A DNA stretch of 64,000 bases from Balanoglossus misakiensis. Taxonomy: Eukaryota > Animalia > Hemichordata. This document shows, one piece after another, positions 39,501-51,794 of the stretch. The position numbers and the translations under genes were made by a program. Location: NCBI GenBank assembly GCA_040954595.2, contig CM082586.2, positions 7,285,337 to 7,349,336 on the forward strand. The letters are read 5' to 3'. The notes below the pieces were generated by a model. That model had not been told where the DNA came from. It worked only from the letters and a program-made list of their open reading frames with translations, and made no database searches. Positions within the stretch are counted from its first letter, which is position 1, and every line of letters begins with the position of its first letter.

Positions 39501-42500
39501 TATACATGGATTCAATATTTTTTTTTCAATCCTGTGTCAAAAACTCCCCAAGGGCCTGCTTTGTCAGGTTTACAAACCAAGAGAGTCCCTCGCATCGACA
39601 CAGCAAAAGGCGTCTTGATACGTCAATCATCAGTTCTGTTAATGTGTAGATACACAGAAACAAGACAGAAGCTTTTACCTTTATGTCTGACACTTCTGAG
39701 GGATGTATGCAAACTCTCTTTCCCAGTAGTCACGGAACGCACAAACACATCTCGGAGAAGGACAGAGGCATGGCCAATACTGGTCGACTTTTTTCAATAC
39801 ATCGGGAACGTTGTCGGATTTAGTCCAGTCGTAGATTGCCTGACCGCACAACAAGCACAATGACTGTCATGCCACAAATCAATGAACTCTGTCTGCATAC
39901 ACAAATCCCCAGCGCACACACACACACAACGGATCTCCACCGATCACCAGACCCCATGCACCCTAGCTTTCTGTGCATTGACAAGATGGCCGAGTGGAAT
40001 CAAAATAATTAAGCTACTCTGCGTTGCGTGTCATGCACGTTTCTTTAAAAATAACATTTTTCAGTTTCATTACATTATGTGCATTTATGGATCAGGATAA
40101 AAGGCTGCTCGGGTATTTTATTTTTTCAAAAAGAATCAATTTGCCCGATTGAACGGCCCCAAGGTCAGAAATACTACCTCGTCAGGATGTGAGAGAATCT
40201 CATTTACATCAAAATGTACACAAGCTTCTCTGACTGTGAATGTTGCCAGTACGGAAGAAATTTCAACGCAGATCTGCAGTCAATTTTTCGTTTCGTTCTC
40301 TTTGGAATTTCCTGCATATAATAAAAGGCTGTAAACTTGCATTATAGGTCAGCACTGGATTATTTTCATTTTAATAATAAAATGTGCATATGATTCATGT
40401 TTTTATGACACACATGACAATTTTGAATAATGTGTACTTCAACAGCCTTAAGCAAATACTGGTACATTACAATGTATGTGTGCTTTATGACAAGAATAAA
40501 TCACTTTGGGAGTTTAAAACTGAATGCAGTATGGAGTGTCAGTGATGTGAAATAGATTTGTGGTGGTGGTTATAAACAACACACAACCTGGGAGATGTAT
40601 AAAATACATGGTCTGAAATGAAAATTACCAGGATGGGGTTAGTGTGTGGTTTTCTGTGCTGTGACCTAACTCTTATACCTTTAGTACTTTTTTTTAGCAA
40701 CCTGCATATATATATCGATGACCCATTTACACCGAGTCTGGCTGTGTATTGGCTGTGTTACCATGGTAATGATAACAACAGGACTCAGCACAAAGTGGTG
40801 CGTGACCTGCAGTTGCAGACACGATATTAAGCGAAGAGCCAATTGTACTGGTGGTCACTTGGGATTCATGCCGGCATCAATCCGTATTATGAAACATACA
40901 ATGCGGTGCTGGGAAATGTTTGGCCAGTGGACTACCGGTACTTTACATTGTTTAGGCTGAATGAAAAGAGATTGCGTGAATACAGGCAGGCTATATGCTC
41001 TACACCTTTTATTGATACAAAAATTTACATGTACATTGCTGCCATTCAACGTGTCGTACGGTTCAATACAGCATGCATGTGTAGGAATTGTACCTCAAAT
41101 GATTTGATGAATTCATGACATTTTCATCTCATAATGGATCAAAACCACTTATATTTACAGAATGCAGGCCACAGAACAACATTCCTTTGTGTTTTAGTAG
41201 AACAGGAATAGTTAAACCGACAATTTGTTATCAACAGGCAAAAGTCTCTGTCTCCAGGAACAAGATTGTTAATAAACGACAGTTGAAATGAATTACATGA
41301 AGCTGATTGAAGCAAGTGTACATGTAATTGTAATGTCCTAATAACTCTCCAACAGGACAACCAATGAATAGTTTGTACAGCAATGAAAATTGGTGTATAA
41401 ACCACAACATACAAACAAGTGCATGTTAAGGGGCACCGACTTACAACATACAAATAATAATTGCATTGTTGGTAAAAAGTAGACACCTCAGTCGGTTGTG
41501 CAGATGTTATGCAGCTATTGTTACAATTGTGCACCGGTAGTAAACATGTATAAGTATACACATTTACTTAACATTAGAATTGTCTACAAAATATCTGTAC
41601 AATCAAAATCTGAGTGACACTGTCTCCTTCCATAAAAAAAAACCTTTCAAACTGAACACACACACACGGGCAAGGACGGACAACCTAGCATTTGTTTTTC
41701 TGCCTTCAAAGCCAGGAAATAACAGTATTGATCGCACACTTGAACAATGACTGATACTGAATTCATAAAACAAGGTACACGGTTGAAAACAAAAGTTGAT
41801 CGACTGATGATGCACTGCGGGACAATGGCAGCGGGAGGACTGTGTGTAAAACTCCAGACCTTGTCTAGAAACCAAACATGCCAACCACCCATTCATGTGC
41901 ACAAGGTCAAGTCTGACCTCATGTGCACACAAATCTTGCCGCGCTGAACACGAAGTCATCTCTCCATTGGCAAACTCAAGTCACATCTTTAATTTTTTAC
42001 ACCTCCCGTCTTTGACAGATTCATGCTTGCAAGTTGCAGCCTGACATGTAGCTTACATGTATGAGCTCAAAGACAGCTTTTTAGCTACATGGATGCCAAT
42101 CAAAAGGAAATGATAATACACAAACCACATAAAGAAGTTGACATTCAGTGTTTTTAATCTGACATTCAGTGTTTTTAATTCAGTGTTTTTAAGCGGTACC
42201 CAGGTAAATGTTACCGGGGACAGTTCCCCTTGGTATATCAATCATATGCATACATTTTGGTATATAGCAGAGGCATTACTGGGGTTCCCAAGTCATTGAC
42301 CAATGTTCCCCAACCTTTATTTAACTGTTTCGTCAATAAGGAAGGACCACGAAAGCGAGTGGCCTATAACAAGTTACTACAACTTGAAACAAGTTGTTTA
42401 AAGCCATCTGACAGGGTCACACGGACACTGACAACACAGTGTGTAAAACAAGCCTCAGAGTTCATACCACTTGACTTGCGCTGTCGAAAGAAATGAAAGT

Positions 42501-45500
42501 TGACATGATGTCACCATGGCGATCGGAAAAACCACCAAATCAACTCGAAAGCACATTATTATTATTCTTGATTCGGAGATAGCTAGGTACATTTCACTGC
42601 TGACTTCAGCATTCGACAGAAATTGCTTTCATCAGGAACACTATTCAAACAAAGACGTTTTGCCTGGTTAAGCTGGTAGCCTGAAATGTTCAGTTCTATA
42701 AGAGACCAGGCTGTGTATAGTGTTTCACAATAGCACCAGATCTGGAGGTGAATAAACTTTCTTCCCCCCACACAACTTCATTGAATGCATCCCGACAAAG
42801 GAGATTTCATGCATCATTGATGACGAGAAAATGGGAATTGTGAAACATGTACAGATCTGGTAACAATAAGGTACATGTACAGTCAATGGAAATACTGTAA
42901 AACAGTTTATTTTCGCGAGTTGAAATTTTCACGATATCGAGAGAGGCCACTGTTTCGCGAATATTAATTTTCGCGTTCTCTTATTTCATTCACTGCATCG
43001 TTATCTTCAAAAAAAATTTACGCGACTTTTTATTTTCACGCTATTTTGGCTCTCGCGTATTTATTATTGCACGCGAAAATAACATGTTTTACAGTAAACA
43101 ATTATGATAAAGAATTTGCCTGTGAGTGTGACAAAGCAACATAACTTCACATAAAATTCAGAGTGCAGAATTTGGCATAAATATTTCCTTACTATAAGCT
43201 TACAATACAGTGAAGCCTAACACTAAAGACTATTCTCTCATCAGAACACTTGGTCAAGTATGGGAAGATTCTGAAACAGACAGACTTAAAAATTCTTCAC
43301 AGGAAATGCAACCACAACAATGATAGAACTGTTGTTATGACAACAGGACAGCACATATTATTTTCAATGCCCACAATAACACACACTGTCACCCTCAATA
43401 TAAATTGACATGAAACAGCACTTGAAGGACAAGACCTTATATTCAACAAGGAGGGTACATGTATACAATCAGTCCCTTTATAAGTCTGGCAGTACAGAAC
43501 ACAACTGAAATAACCAATATGAAACTCTGTTAGATTAAGACTGCAATATAAGAATAAGAAGCTCTTTTTTCGCTTTTTACAAACTGAAGTTTTGATGTAA
43601 CCTGAGGCAAGAGGATTACAATTTTCAATATACAACGATCTGTCATCAGCTTGTGTTTCAAACATTCCACAACGCACGGTACATGAGGATTTGCATACAC
43701 ACAACACCAACACCGCACAACACTGTTATTTGAAAACGAGCTTTCCCAAACAAGGATCTTCCCAACTCACCCTTCCTTGTGGATCTCTGCTTCATTTTGT
43801 CTGGTTCCAGTATCCCTTTCCTTACACTGCACACTCCGACCACTCACACAACTTGTAACACCACAGTCGAACTGCCCCTCTGCCTTGACATAACTGCACT
43901 GTCTGCTTCTTATTAAAATTATTCAGTTCCTGGTGAGTCTGACAGTTACTGATTAAACAAATTGGAACCGGGCACTCAAGGATATGGACTGCAGCATATC
44001 TTGTGAGGAAAAAAACCTGTCCCACCCTCACAGATAGGCTGAAGTACACACACACACAAGTAGATCCTATTGTTCCATACACAAGAGGTGCCACGCCCAC
44101 CCTGCATAATATCCGTCCTGGCAATTACTCATATTGTATTATAAACAGCCATGCAGACAATGGCAACATAAACTTTTATTTCGGGGTGCACAGTCAGGCG
44201 ACTATTTTGGTAACGGCTTCATTTCCATTTTCAAAAGACTTCATCCCAGGGGACCCAACAGCTATTTTGTGTTTTATCTTATCAAAAATATTGGCGTTAC
44301 CAAACAATTTAATATCAGCAAACAAGCTACAGCATACAACTTACTGATTTATTGGAATTTGAGGGAGAATTTTTTAATTATTAATATGTGGTTTTGTTGC
44401 TGATAATCAAACCAAGCCACATGAAAGCACATTTAGCTCAAGTTGTAAGCCATGGTCTGGAGGTTTGACCTCCATGCTACACTGTAGTTTAGCTGGATTG
44501 AGTGATCATTGTGCATGTACCAGAATGTATATCATGAAATGTCTAACCAAGAGTTTTCTTTTTCTTTCTTTCTTTCTTTCTTTCTTTCATTTGATCAAAC
44601 TTTACTTAACATTTTCAGAAACGGAGAGACTACTAAAATTATACAATAGTACGTACAACCACTATGTTCATTTGATGAATTATACAATGTACAATTATTT
44701 TATATATGTGCCAGCAAAAGTTGGTATGAACTTGTCTGTATCTGCATAACAATGAGGCTTTTAACACTATATTTTATTACTCTTCCCTTTCTAAATATTC
44801 TTCCAAGTTATTTGTGAATTCAAAAAAGTAATTTCCTGAAGTGTCAAAGTCACTTAATGTTTGTTTTTAGGCTTTGTTTCGTGGAATTCCGCCTGGTAAG
44901 CCGGACCATCGCGATGTCAATCTAGCGCCCTCTATCGCGTATTTTACTCAACCTTTCTTTTTATTATCGCTTGCTCAGGAGCAGGACAAAAACTCGCCTC
45001 TTGTTAATACAGTCTGGCAAAATCTATGTAGCGAAAATTTGAGCAGTTTAGGTCTGCTACCGACATGCCCTGGCCGTGAACACTCACAGTTGGTGATGTC
45101 TGCGCAACTTTTGATGCAAATATGTGAAATATGTCCTCCAAAAGACCTGCATGCAACTTGCAAGATTGATGACATGATCTGGAATGAACATACCCTTGGC
45201 TAAGTGCATGACTAGCTGTGGTGAGTGCAATGTATTTGAATCTATACCTATTGCAATATGACATAAAACGCATGTACAAGTTTCAGCAGTGACATAATGA
45301 CACACACCAAAGCATAAACACCTGTTTGCAGACCAGAAGCCAACCATGGGCATAAATTGTCCATATTGGAAAGCCCATAGCATGACACATAAAATAGTCA
45401 ATGCCATGAGCACTCATAGAATCTTTTAGCAGTGTGTGTCAGTTTCTGTTCTGCAAACAGGTGTTTATGTTACACACTGCATTACCTGTGTTGACAAATT

Positions 45501-46488
45501 TCCCCCATACAGATGGTGTGCATGAAAATGTAGACCAAAGTGGTTTTTGCTAAGGTTGGTGGGGAACAATGGTAATTGATTTGGGATCCCAGAGGTAACT
45601 CTTCAGCACACTGTCTGTCATAAATATGACTGCATTTGAATACCATAGGGAACCAGAACAGCGGTAAAATGATTGTGGAATTTACCAGGGCACTGCCCTA
45701 AGCTATAAACACTAATACTAGCGCTACAGAACTATCACAGGAGACTACATTTCCGGGCTCTAGTCTTGCTGCTTGCAATTAATCCTTGTAAATTATGACC
45801 AAAAATAGACAAATCAGCAAATGTACATACATACATCTGAACATCACTCAATTTTTTAACAATTAAGCTTGATACTTTTTTAATTTGTCCATAGATTTTG
45901 ACAATTCTCCTTAGTGACAGTTGCTAAGCAATTTGTTAGACTTTGGCATAATTAGTCAGTATCCTTATGTCTAGACCATGTGAATACACTAACTATAAGC
46001 CTCTTAATAACACAAACAGAATCTACTGCAATCTGATAGAGTACATGTAATGAGGAAACCCCTTCAACAAACATTCCACATTGCTACACTATTATGACAA
46101 CACAAGTACAAACAATCAAAACTGAACAACTATGCCAATAAATTAATCATGTAAATGTTATCATGTAAGTTACATGTACATGTATGTTTATCTAAATTCT
46201 TACAATAACTCCCACTACAAAAGTTAATTTTTCATTTACATGTTTGCTGAGCAAACCTCTTGAGATGTCACCAATGTACATATTTTGATTTTGACTTTAC
46301 TATATGTTGCAGTGTTTAAAATACCTCCCACTTACCAATACATTTATACACACTACAGTTTTATTACTACTGTCAAGTTCTTCCAAACATGTACATGTAC
46401 ATGTACATTGTATTCTGTATTCCCAAGAACATACAATCTGATTCAGGGATATGTGCCTGTTGTATTTATCTATCTATCTATCTAATGT

Positions 46489-46519
<31 letters not shown>

Positions 46520-49500
46520 CGTCCGTCTGTCTGACTGTCACTCACCACCACATGACATACCCACACACTAACAAACACATGGGTAGTAAATTACCAGGTC
46601 TTCACTAGTACCAGAAGCAGCTGTTTCGCTTCCATTACATCATCTGTTACCAGTGCAGAAAAAAAAGGTCATTGACCTCCGCCTGACTTTTACATCATCT
46701 GTCAAGATGCGTTTCTGTCAAGCCCAGTAATATCATACACTATCACAATACTCGCAGTGTATTTCCTAGACAGCTAGGTTATCTATCTAAATCGTTTTAT
46801 TAGAGTCACACATGACAAACCCAATATTGTCGCGTCAATTTCCCATCCCTTGGCACACTTAACCCTTTCACCCCCAGTTCCCTCTTAAGAGGTCCAACTT
46901 TACCATGGAAAACAATGGGTTTGGACTAAACCATGGCGGTGAAAGGGTTAATGAACCCACCTCCCCAGACATTCACACAAACAAACCCAATCCACCTAAT
47001 ACACTATAGGTAACTGACCTTTAATAACAATGATCAATACAGTTACAGACTAGTGGTCTACCGACTATCATCGAGTGTCATCTCATTGATTTATCTTCTG
47101 ATTCACAAATATCGATCGACAGCTTGACTTCCTTGCTTGGTAAAAATTCAGGATTAAGTGCAAAACTAATAATACTGCTGGTATATTATTATTTCGAAAT
47201 ATTGTTTCACTTCCGAGGGCTTTATTTAGAAATTTTACATTGCGAGTGAGGGTATTTAGTGGTAATGCAGACAGATGTCATTGACCTTTGACTACTGGTA
47301 TCTTCTACTGGTACATCATTTCGCAGGTATTTTTGGTAAACAAAGACACCTGTCTGTACACACATATATAATGTAGACATTACTGGGTACAGTAATGTTG
47401 ACAGTCTGTACACTCAAAGATACAGTATCATGAGTCAGTCATACCACACTGTGACAGTATGTTTCTCCATTCTTTGCAGTCTGACACTGACTGAATTATG
47501 ACTAATGGCCAAAGCAATGACCTTGAGGAAAGTCATTCAACCAATCAGATGTCACATTTTCATTCTTGTCCTTGTGTGCATGAATACACAGACCGTCAGA
47601 GAGATGCTTATCGAACAAATCTCTAATCACACCAATTAATGTACATGAGCTCGACATTGAAATCTTTAATATTGACATTCTTTTCCCGAAATGAAATTAA
47701 ACATCACAGCATAAAATATTTTTTATCCTAATGAAACTAAACAATTTGACTGAAAATGTAAAATCTTAGATGTGATTAGGGCTGTTCAGCCATGGAGTTG
47801 ATGTACATTGATATTTGCCTCCAAAACACAAATCACCATAGCCTTGGTTGTTCAATTTTAGCATTACTAGTAATTATGTGTACAATATATACCACCTGGC
47901 CACAAGCTTGTGTACAAATCAAAAGAACCAATGTCCGTGGGGGCCAATGGGATGCCTATTTAGTATTTACATTATGTCCCTCTGCAGAAGCTCGCTTTTC
48001 AAATTTACCATTTTCCACGCAAGGTCAGACATAATCATTGAGCTTGGTTGGTTGGCAAAGACAAGGACAGAGTCTCTAGACTCAAGTTTAATGTTTGCCT
48101 TATCAATAATCAGCTTGTGTCGACCAAGGTCAATGCACAATTCCATTAGCTGTAACTGGAACAGATTCCATTACCAGAAGGATAAATTATATTGCAAAAT
48201 GTGTAATCTTGCCCTGAAAACAATTTCGCTCAGGGCTTTCAAATTGAGAGAAAAAGAAAAAAACATCTTGTGTCCCTCAGCAAAATAAGAGCTCTAGTAT
48301 AACAGACATTGCCACTTTTGTTTACTAGTAAACAAATAAACATATCTGAAACTCTTTAAAAAATAAAACAAAATATTTTTAAAATTTAATCTTTGAAAAT
48401 TTGACAGCTACATGTATTTGAACTATCACTCTCTGTAATTTTATGTTAGTCTGAACACTGTCGTTTGCAGATCTATACTTCTTGGAAATATATAGTTCTG
48501 AAACTGAACCCACTCAGTTGAAGTTATGAGGTTATCACTTGAAAGCTGCCACTTGTATTATCAACAATGTGGATTTCAGACAATGGGTTAAATCCTAAAT
48601 TTTACTTCCTGATAGGAGCAGAGTCCATAAAAATAGTTTTATCAGCATCTTTGTAACTATAGCAATGCAGGTAAAATACTGCATAGTGGTTCTGAACTTA
48701 GGACTAGACGAGGGAGAAAAAGTGGGTCAACACACTTAAATTACAGGGTCCAATTTCAAAAATGTATTAACCTGTGTTTACGTACGGTAAACAGAAAGGG
48801 GTGAACTTTAAGGGCATTCTGGGTCAAATATACCCAACTTTGTCACCTTGACATTGCTTCTGCACCTCCCCCCTGGGGGAGGGGTGATCTGACCACCTGA
48901 GTTATCGTGTGGTTCAAGTCACCTGATCAAATGTACTGACTTTGAGAACAAAACAGCTACCCGGAAATTTGAACTTTGATAATACATGTAGTTGCTGCTG
49001 AAGGTCGTACTGACATAAACACCACTCTCATCACGGATGAAACGGACCAATCAGTCTGGATGGTCTGACTTTTCAGCCATTTGAATATTCAAAGCGCACT
49101 GCATCGATGCCCAGATGATTCGATAATGACCCTCTGTACGTGGATTGAAAGACTTTGGCCATAAATTACAGCACGCCTCTCGTTTGAGGGCCTGCATTAG
49201 GATTTGGAATCCAGGCTTAGTAAATGCCATGTTTTTATTGAGCTGTATATTTTACTCAGTCTCTATAAATCATTTTACTGTTTAGAATGAACACTCGTCT
49301 CATTCGAAACAGATGGGCCACCCCTTTTCCTTTAAAACCAGGCCACAACGCTTCGTAAAATCTTACTAGGTCAGAGAGCAATGGGAACTTGAAATCCAGC
49401 CATAGGATATCCATGTCTGGTCCCCATTACTGCGTGTGGAATGATTCACAATATCACAATTCTACGGAAGTTGGATATGTGTCCCATGTGGTGGTATAGA

Positions 49501-50229
49501 TACTGCACTCTTTGACTATCAATTCATTGCAAATTGCAACAGCTGTGTCAGGCCTGACAAGATTAACAAATGTGCAGTTTGACTTCGGAAATTTTAAGTA
49601 GGTCTGCCAGAACCAGAGAACCAGAGTACAATTTAATTTTCTTGCAATATTGCATGAATTAAGTATTAATAATATAAAGTATTTTAACTCTCTGTCATTG
49701 TCTTTTACTTTGTCTAGTACTACTAGTAGATTTAATTTCCTTGTTCGTAATGGTTAAAAATAAATTCATATTCAATTCAATGGTTGTTGTATAAATACAG
49801 ATATTCCATGATACGAATTGCCAATTACTGACTGTACAGTGATCGTCGCGTAGACAATAACTTAATTAATGTCGAAAGATCCTGTGGATAGAGACAGTGT
49901 CATCCCTGAAATAGAAAACGCAGGACAGACTGCAAACTACAATACAAATAACAGTAATCGTGGTAAACATGATGGTTGATTTTTTTTACAGAGAGGGGGC
50001 GGGGCTGGGGGAGAGAGGGGGGAATTGTCGCTAGTTTTGTAACCTTGCAAGCTCAGCTCAGCTGACAAGTCTCCATCGGCAAAAACATACGCTCGACTAA
50101 GAAAACACCACCCCTAAAGTACGTTTACTGTAGTCGAAGCCGTAATTGTATTGTAACTAATGACGCGACGACGGCATCGTACAGCTGATCACGGACAGAC
50201 TTACACTTACCGGCTTGCTGGACAGACAT
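10444..50229 (-). CDS. TMCC: Transmembrane and coiled-coil domain family protein (TMCC1/2/3-like, TEX28 family), about 607 aa, 14 coding exons
   Basis: Exons: 50229-50211 (MSVQQA; first-exon assignment inferred), 27067-26963, 23839-23659, 21810-21609, 19536-19365, 19054-18832, 16597-16532, 15481-15402, 14984-14936, 12571-12373, 12053-11988, 11694-11539, 11251-11073, 10570-10444. Total 1824 nt, in frame. Family motifs: [101 protein letters not shown], followed by two C-terminal transmembrane helices. The core (19536-10444) is secure; the N-terminal exons are less so. Confidence 0.92.
11318..11470. mobile_element. pogo/Tigger-like MITE in a TMCC intron
   Basis: TA|CAGTTGAACCTGT...ACAGGTTTAAC with repeated GTGGCCA motifs; related fragment at about 60911-60975. 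Confidence 0.6.
12696..12780. mobile_element. About 85-bp piggyBac-like MITE (family P1)
   Basis: CCCTTTCACC...GGTGAGAGGG|TTAA. Confidence 0.78.
16959..17070. repeat. Perfect 56-bp tandem duplication
   Basis: CGTGTGCTAAATGCTGCGTTGAGTGTAAACAAGGAAAAAGATATTCCAAGGCTGAC occurs twice. Confidence 0.95.
18433..18820. repeat. Degenerate (CATA)n microsatellite with CAGA tail
   Basis: Interrupted TACA repeats next to the TMCC donor at 18831. Confidence 0.9.
20286..20465. mobile_element. pogo/Tigger-like MITE
   Basis: TA|CAGTAAAACT...AGTTTTACTG|TA with repeated TTCGGATAA-type sub-terminal motifs. Confidence 0.7.
21340..21560. mobile_element. Truncated family K2 MITE
   Basis: Aligns by eye with about 23410-23628 and ends in GAGAGAGACTTTGTCCCT|TTAA. 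Confidence 0.7.
22965..23048. mobile_element. Family P1 MITE
   Basis: TTAA|CCCTTTCACCACCATGGTTCAGTCCA...GGTGAAAGGG. Confidence 0.8.
23295..23628. mobile_element. TTAA-flanked MITE with AGGGACAAAG termini (family K2, Kolobok-like)
   Basis: TTAA|AGGGACAAAG...CTTTGTCCCT|TTAA with long internal inverted repeats. Confidence 0.75.
23915..24107. mobile_element. Family K1 MITE, copy 2 (opposite orientation)
   Basis: TTAA|AGGTATACAGTCACC...GGTGACCGTATACCT|TTAA. Confidence 0.82.
25884..25968. mobile_element. Family P1 MITE
   Basis: CCCTTTCACCACCATGG...GGGGGTGAAAGGG|TTAA. Confidence 0.8.
29939..30074. mobile_element. Short element with K2-type termini
   Basis: AGGGACAAAG...CTTTGTCCCT ends; the flanking TTAA is degenerate. 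Confidence 0.5.
34562..34751. mobile_element. Family K1 MITE, copy 3
   Basis: TTAA|AGGCATACGGTCACC...GGTGACCGTATACCT|TTAA; shares the internal GATCTAGCCAATCAC...TTTTCAGTGGGTGGCACAC sequence. Confidence 0.82.
42893..43096. mobile_element. TA-flanked Tc1/mariner-type MITE (family M1)
   Basis: TA|CTGTAAAACA...TGTTTTACAG|TA with internal TTTTCGCG repeats; inverted copy at 56880-57091. Confidence 0.8.
46863..46947. mobile_element. Family P1 MITE, opposite orientation, both TTAA intact
   Basis: TTAA|CCCTTTCACCCCCAGTTCCC...CCATGGCGGTGAAAGGG|TTAA. Confidence 0.82.
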
Positions 50230-50653
50230 CGGAACGATGGAGATCAAGTACTTCTATGGTGATTTTCCCGTGACAGACGTCCAGAGTAACAAGTCTTATT
50301 AGTTATTGCTTTATATAGACAGAACTTGCCCTATATGCACTGCAACTGTTGAACCTGAGGTTCAGGGGCGCGGGCTTCCTCTGACACAGTGACAGTGACA
50401 CGGCTGGCAAACGACCGATCGCATAAACGCTTCGGTGAACTCGGATATTCTTGGTTAAAACGTCGATCGGATCATACTTCTGTTGAGATCCTGTATACTG
50501 GTGGTAGTCACCTACTTCCGGCTGAGCCGATCGTCAACTGCCCGTCTTTCACATGCAGAAATCGAGTTTACAACTTGTATACATCCCACGCCCGACGTCG
50601 GTGATGTCACTTGTCAGTTTCCACCATCTCTTCCGGTTTTTTTGAACTGCACC

Positions 50654-51514
50654 TAGTCTCGGTTACCCAGAGCCCTCTGCTTCTTCCGTTAGGCACTCCA
50701 GAAAGAGGGTCTGGGGAAACCCTAGTCTCGGTTACCCAGAGCCCTCTGCTTCTTCCGTTAGGCACTCCAGAAAGAGGGTCTGGGGAAACCCGGTAGACAA
50801 ACCGTCAGGCGGAATCCGGACAGCTGCGATGCATGACGGGAGATTAATATTCGATACGATATTATGATATGTCGATATTAGAAAACTATTTACCGAACTT
50901 CTCTCTCTCTTTTCAATTTGTATACAGTTTTAGCAGGTCTAGCACTTCTCAGCATGTTTTCTTTATCGTATGTCATACATGTCGGCCGTGGGTTCGCGCG
51001 CAGGACATCGCCATTTTGGAATATTAATCTCCCGTCATGCATCGCAGCTGTCCCGATTCCGCCTGACGGTTTGTCTACCGGGTTTCCCCAGACCCTCTTT
51101 CTGGAGTGCCTAACGGAAGAAGCAGAGGGCTCTGGGTAACCGAGACTAGGGAAACCCGGTAGACAAACCGTCAGGCGGAATCGGGACAGCTGCGATGCAT
51201 GACGGGAGATTAATATTCCAAAATGGCGATGTCCTGCGCGCGAACCCACGGCCGACATGTATGACATACGATAAAGAAAACATGCTGAGAAGTGCTAGAC
51301 CTGCTAAAACTGTATACAAATTGAAAAGAGAGAGAGAAGTTCGGTAAATAGTTTTCTAATATCGACATATCATAATATCGTATCGAATATTAATCTCCCG
51401 TCATGCATCGCAGCTGTCCGGATTCCGCCTGACGGTTTGTCTACCGGGTTTCCCCAGACCCTCTTTCTGGAGTGCCTAACGGAAGAAGCAGAGGGCTCTG
51501 GGTAACCGAGACTA
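50654..51514. mobile_element. Outer copy of a 426-bp non-autonomous DNA transposon (130-bp TIRs, TAG...CTA ends), interrupted by a second copy
   Basis: 9-bp direct repeat AACTGCACC at 50645-50653 and 51515-51523. Pieces 50654-50722 and 51158-51514 sum to 426 bp. Confidence 0.93.
50723..51148. mobile_element. Inner, inverted copy of the same 426-bp element
   Basis: 9-bp direct repeat GGGAAACCC at 50714-50722 and 51149-51157. TIRs at 50723-50852 and 51019-51148, with one mismatch seen. Confidence 0.93.
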
Positions 51515-51794
51515 AACTGCACCGTGCATCCTGGGATGACGTCATGGTAACCTCGTACTACAACCTGGATAGCATGTCCGTGTTAAAATTATATCAAATA
51601 TCAAACTATTAAGTATTAGAGAATATGACAAGAAAATATTACTAAAATATAATATAAACATGAAAACAACACGAATTTATTACATAGAAAGTTTATTCTT
51701 GCTTGGTTTTTGATTGTGCGCATGTCGTTTTAGGATGAGCCAGCAATCACATGACAACATTGCCGTGCAGATCGTTTTCCGTATTCGATGCAAG

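Larger units (their letters stand above)
50230..51794. promoter_or_regulatory. Probable bidirectional promoter region between TMCC and RagC/D
   Basis: Divergent start codons at 50229 (-) and 51795 (+). CpG-enriched relative to the flanks. ETS-type CTTCCGG at about 50516 and 50630, CRE TGACGTCA at 51537-51544, M-box TCACATGA at 51747-51754. Confidence 0.65.

Noticed and set aside
39679-39839. Open stretch ending at an AAG|GTAAAA phase-1 donor (possible TMCC exon)
   Set aside because: No in-frame ATG, and the only acceptor is phase 0, which is incompatible with the upstream exon; unsupported without RNA data.
50611-51267. ORFs within the nested palindrome, and a possible CRISPR-like repeat (69-bp direct repeat)
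   Set aside because: Fully explained by nested TIRs and TSDs; there are no spacers, cas genes or transposase motifs.
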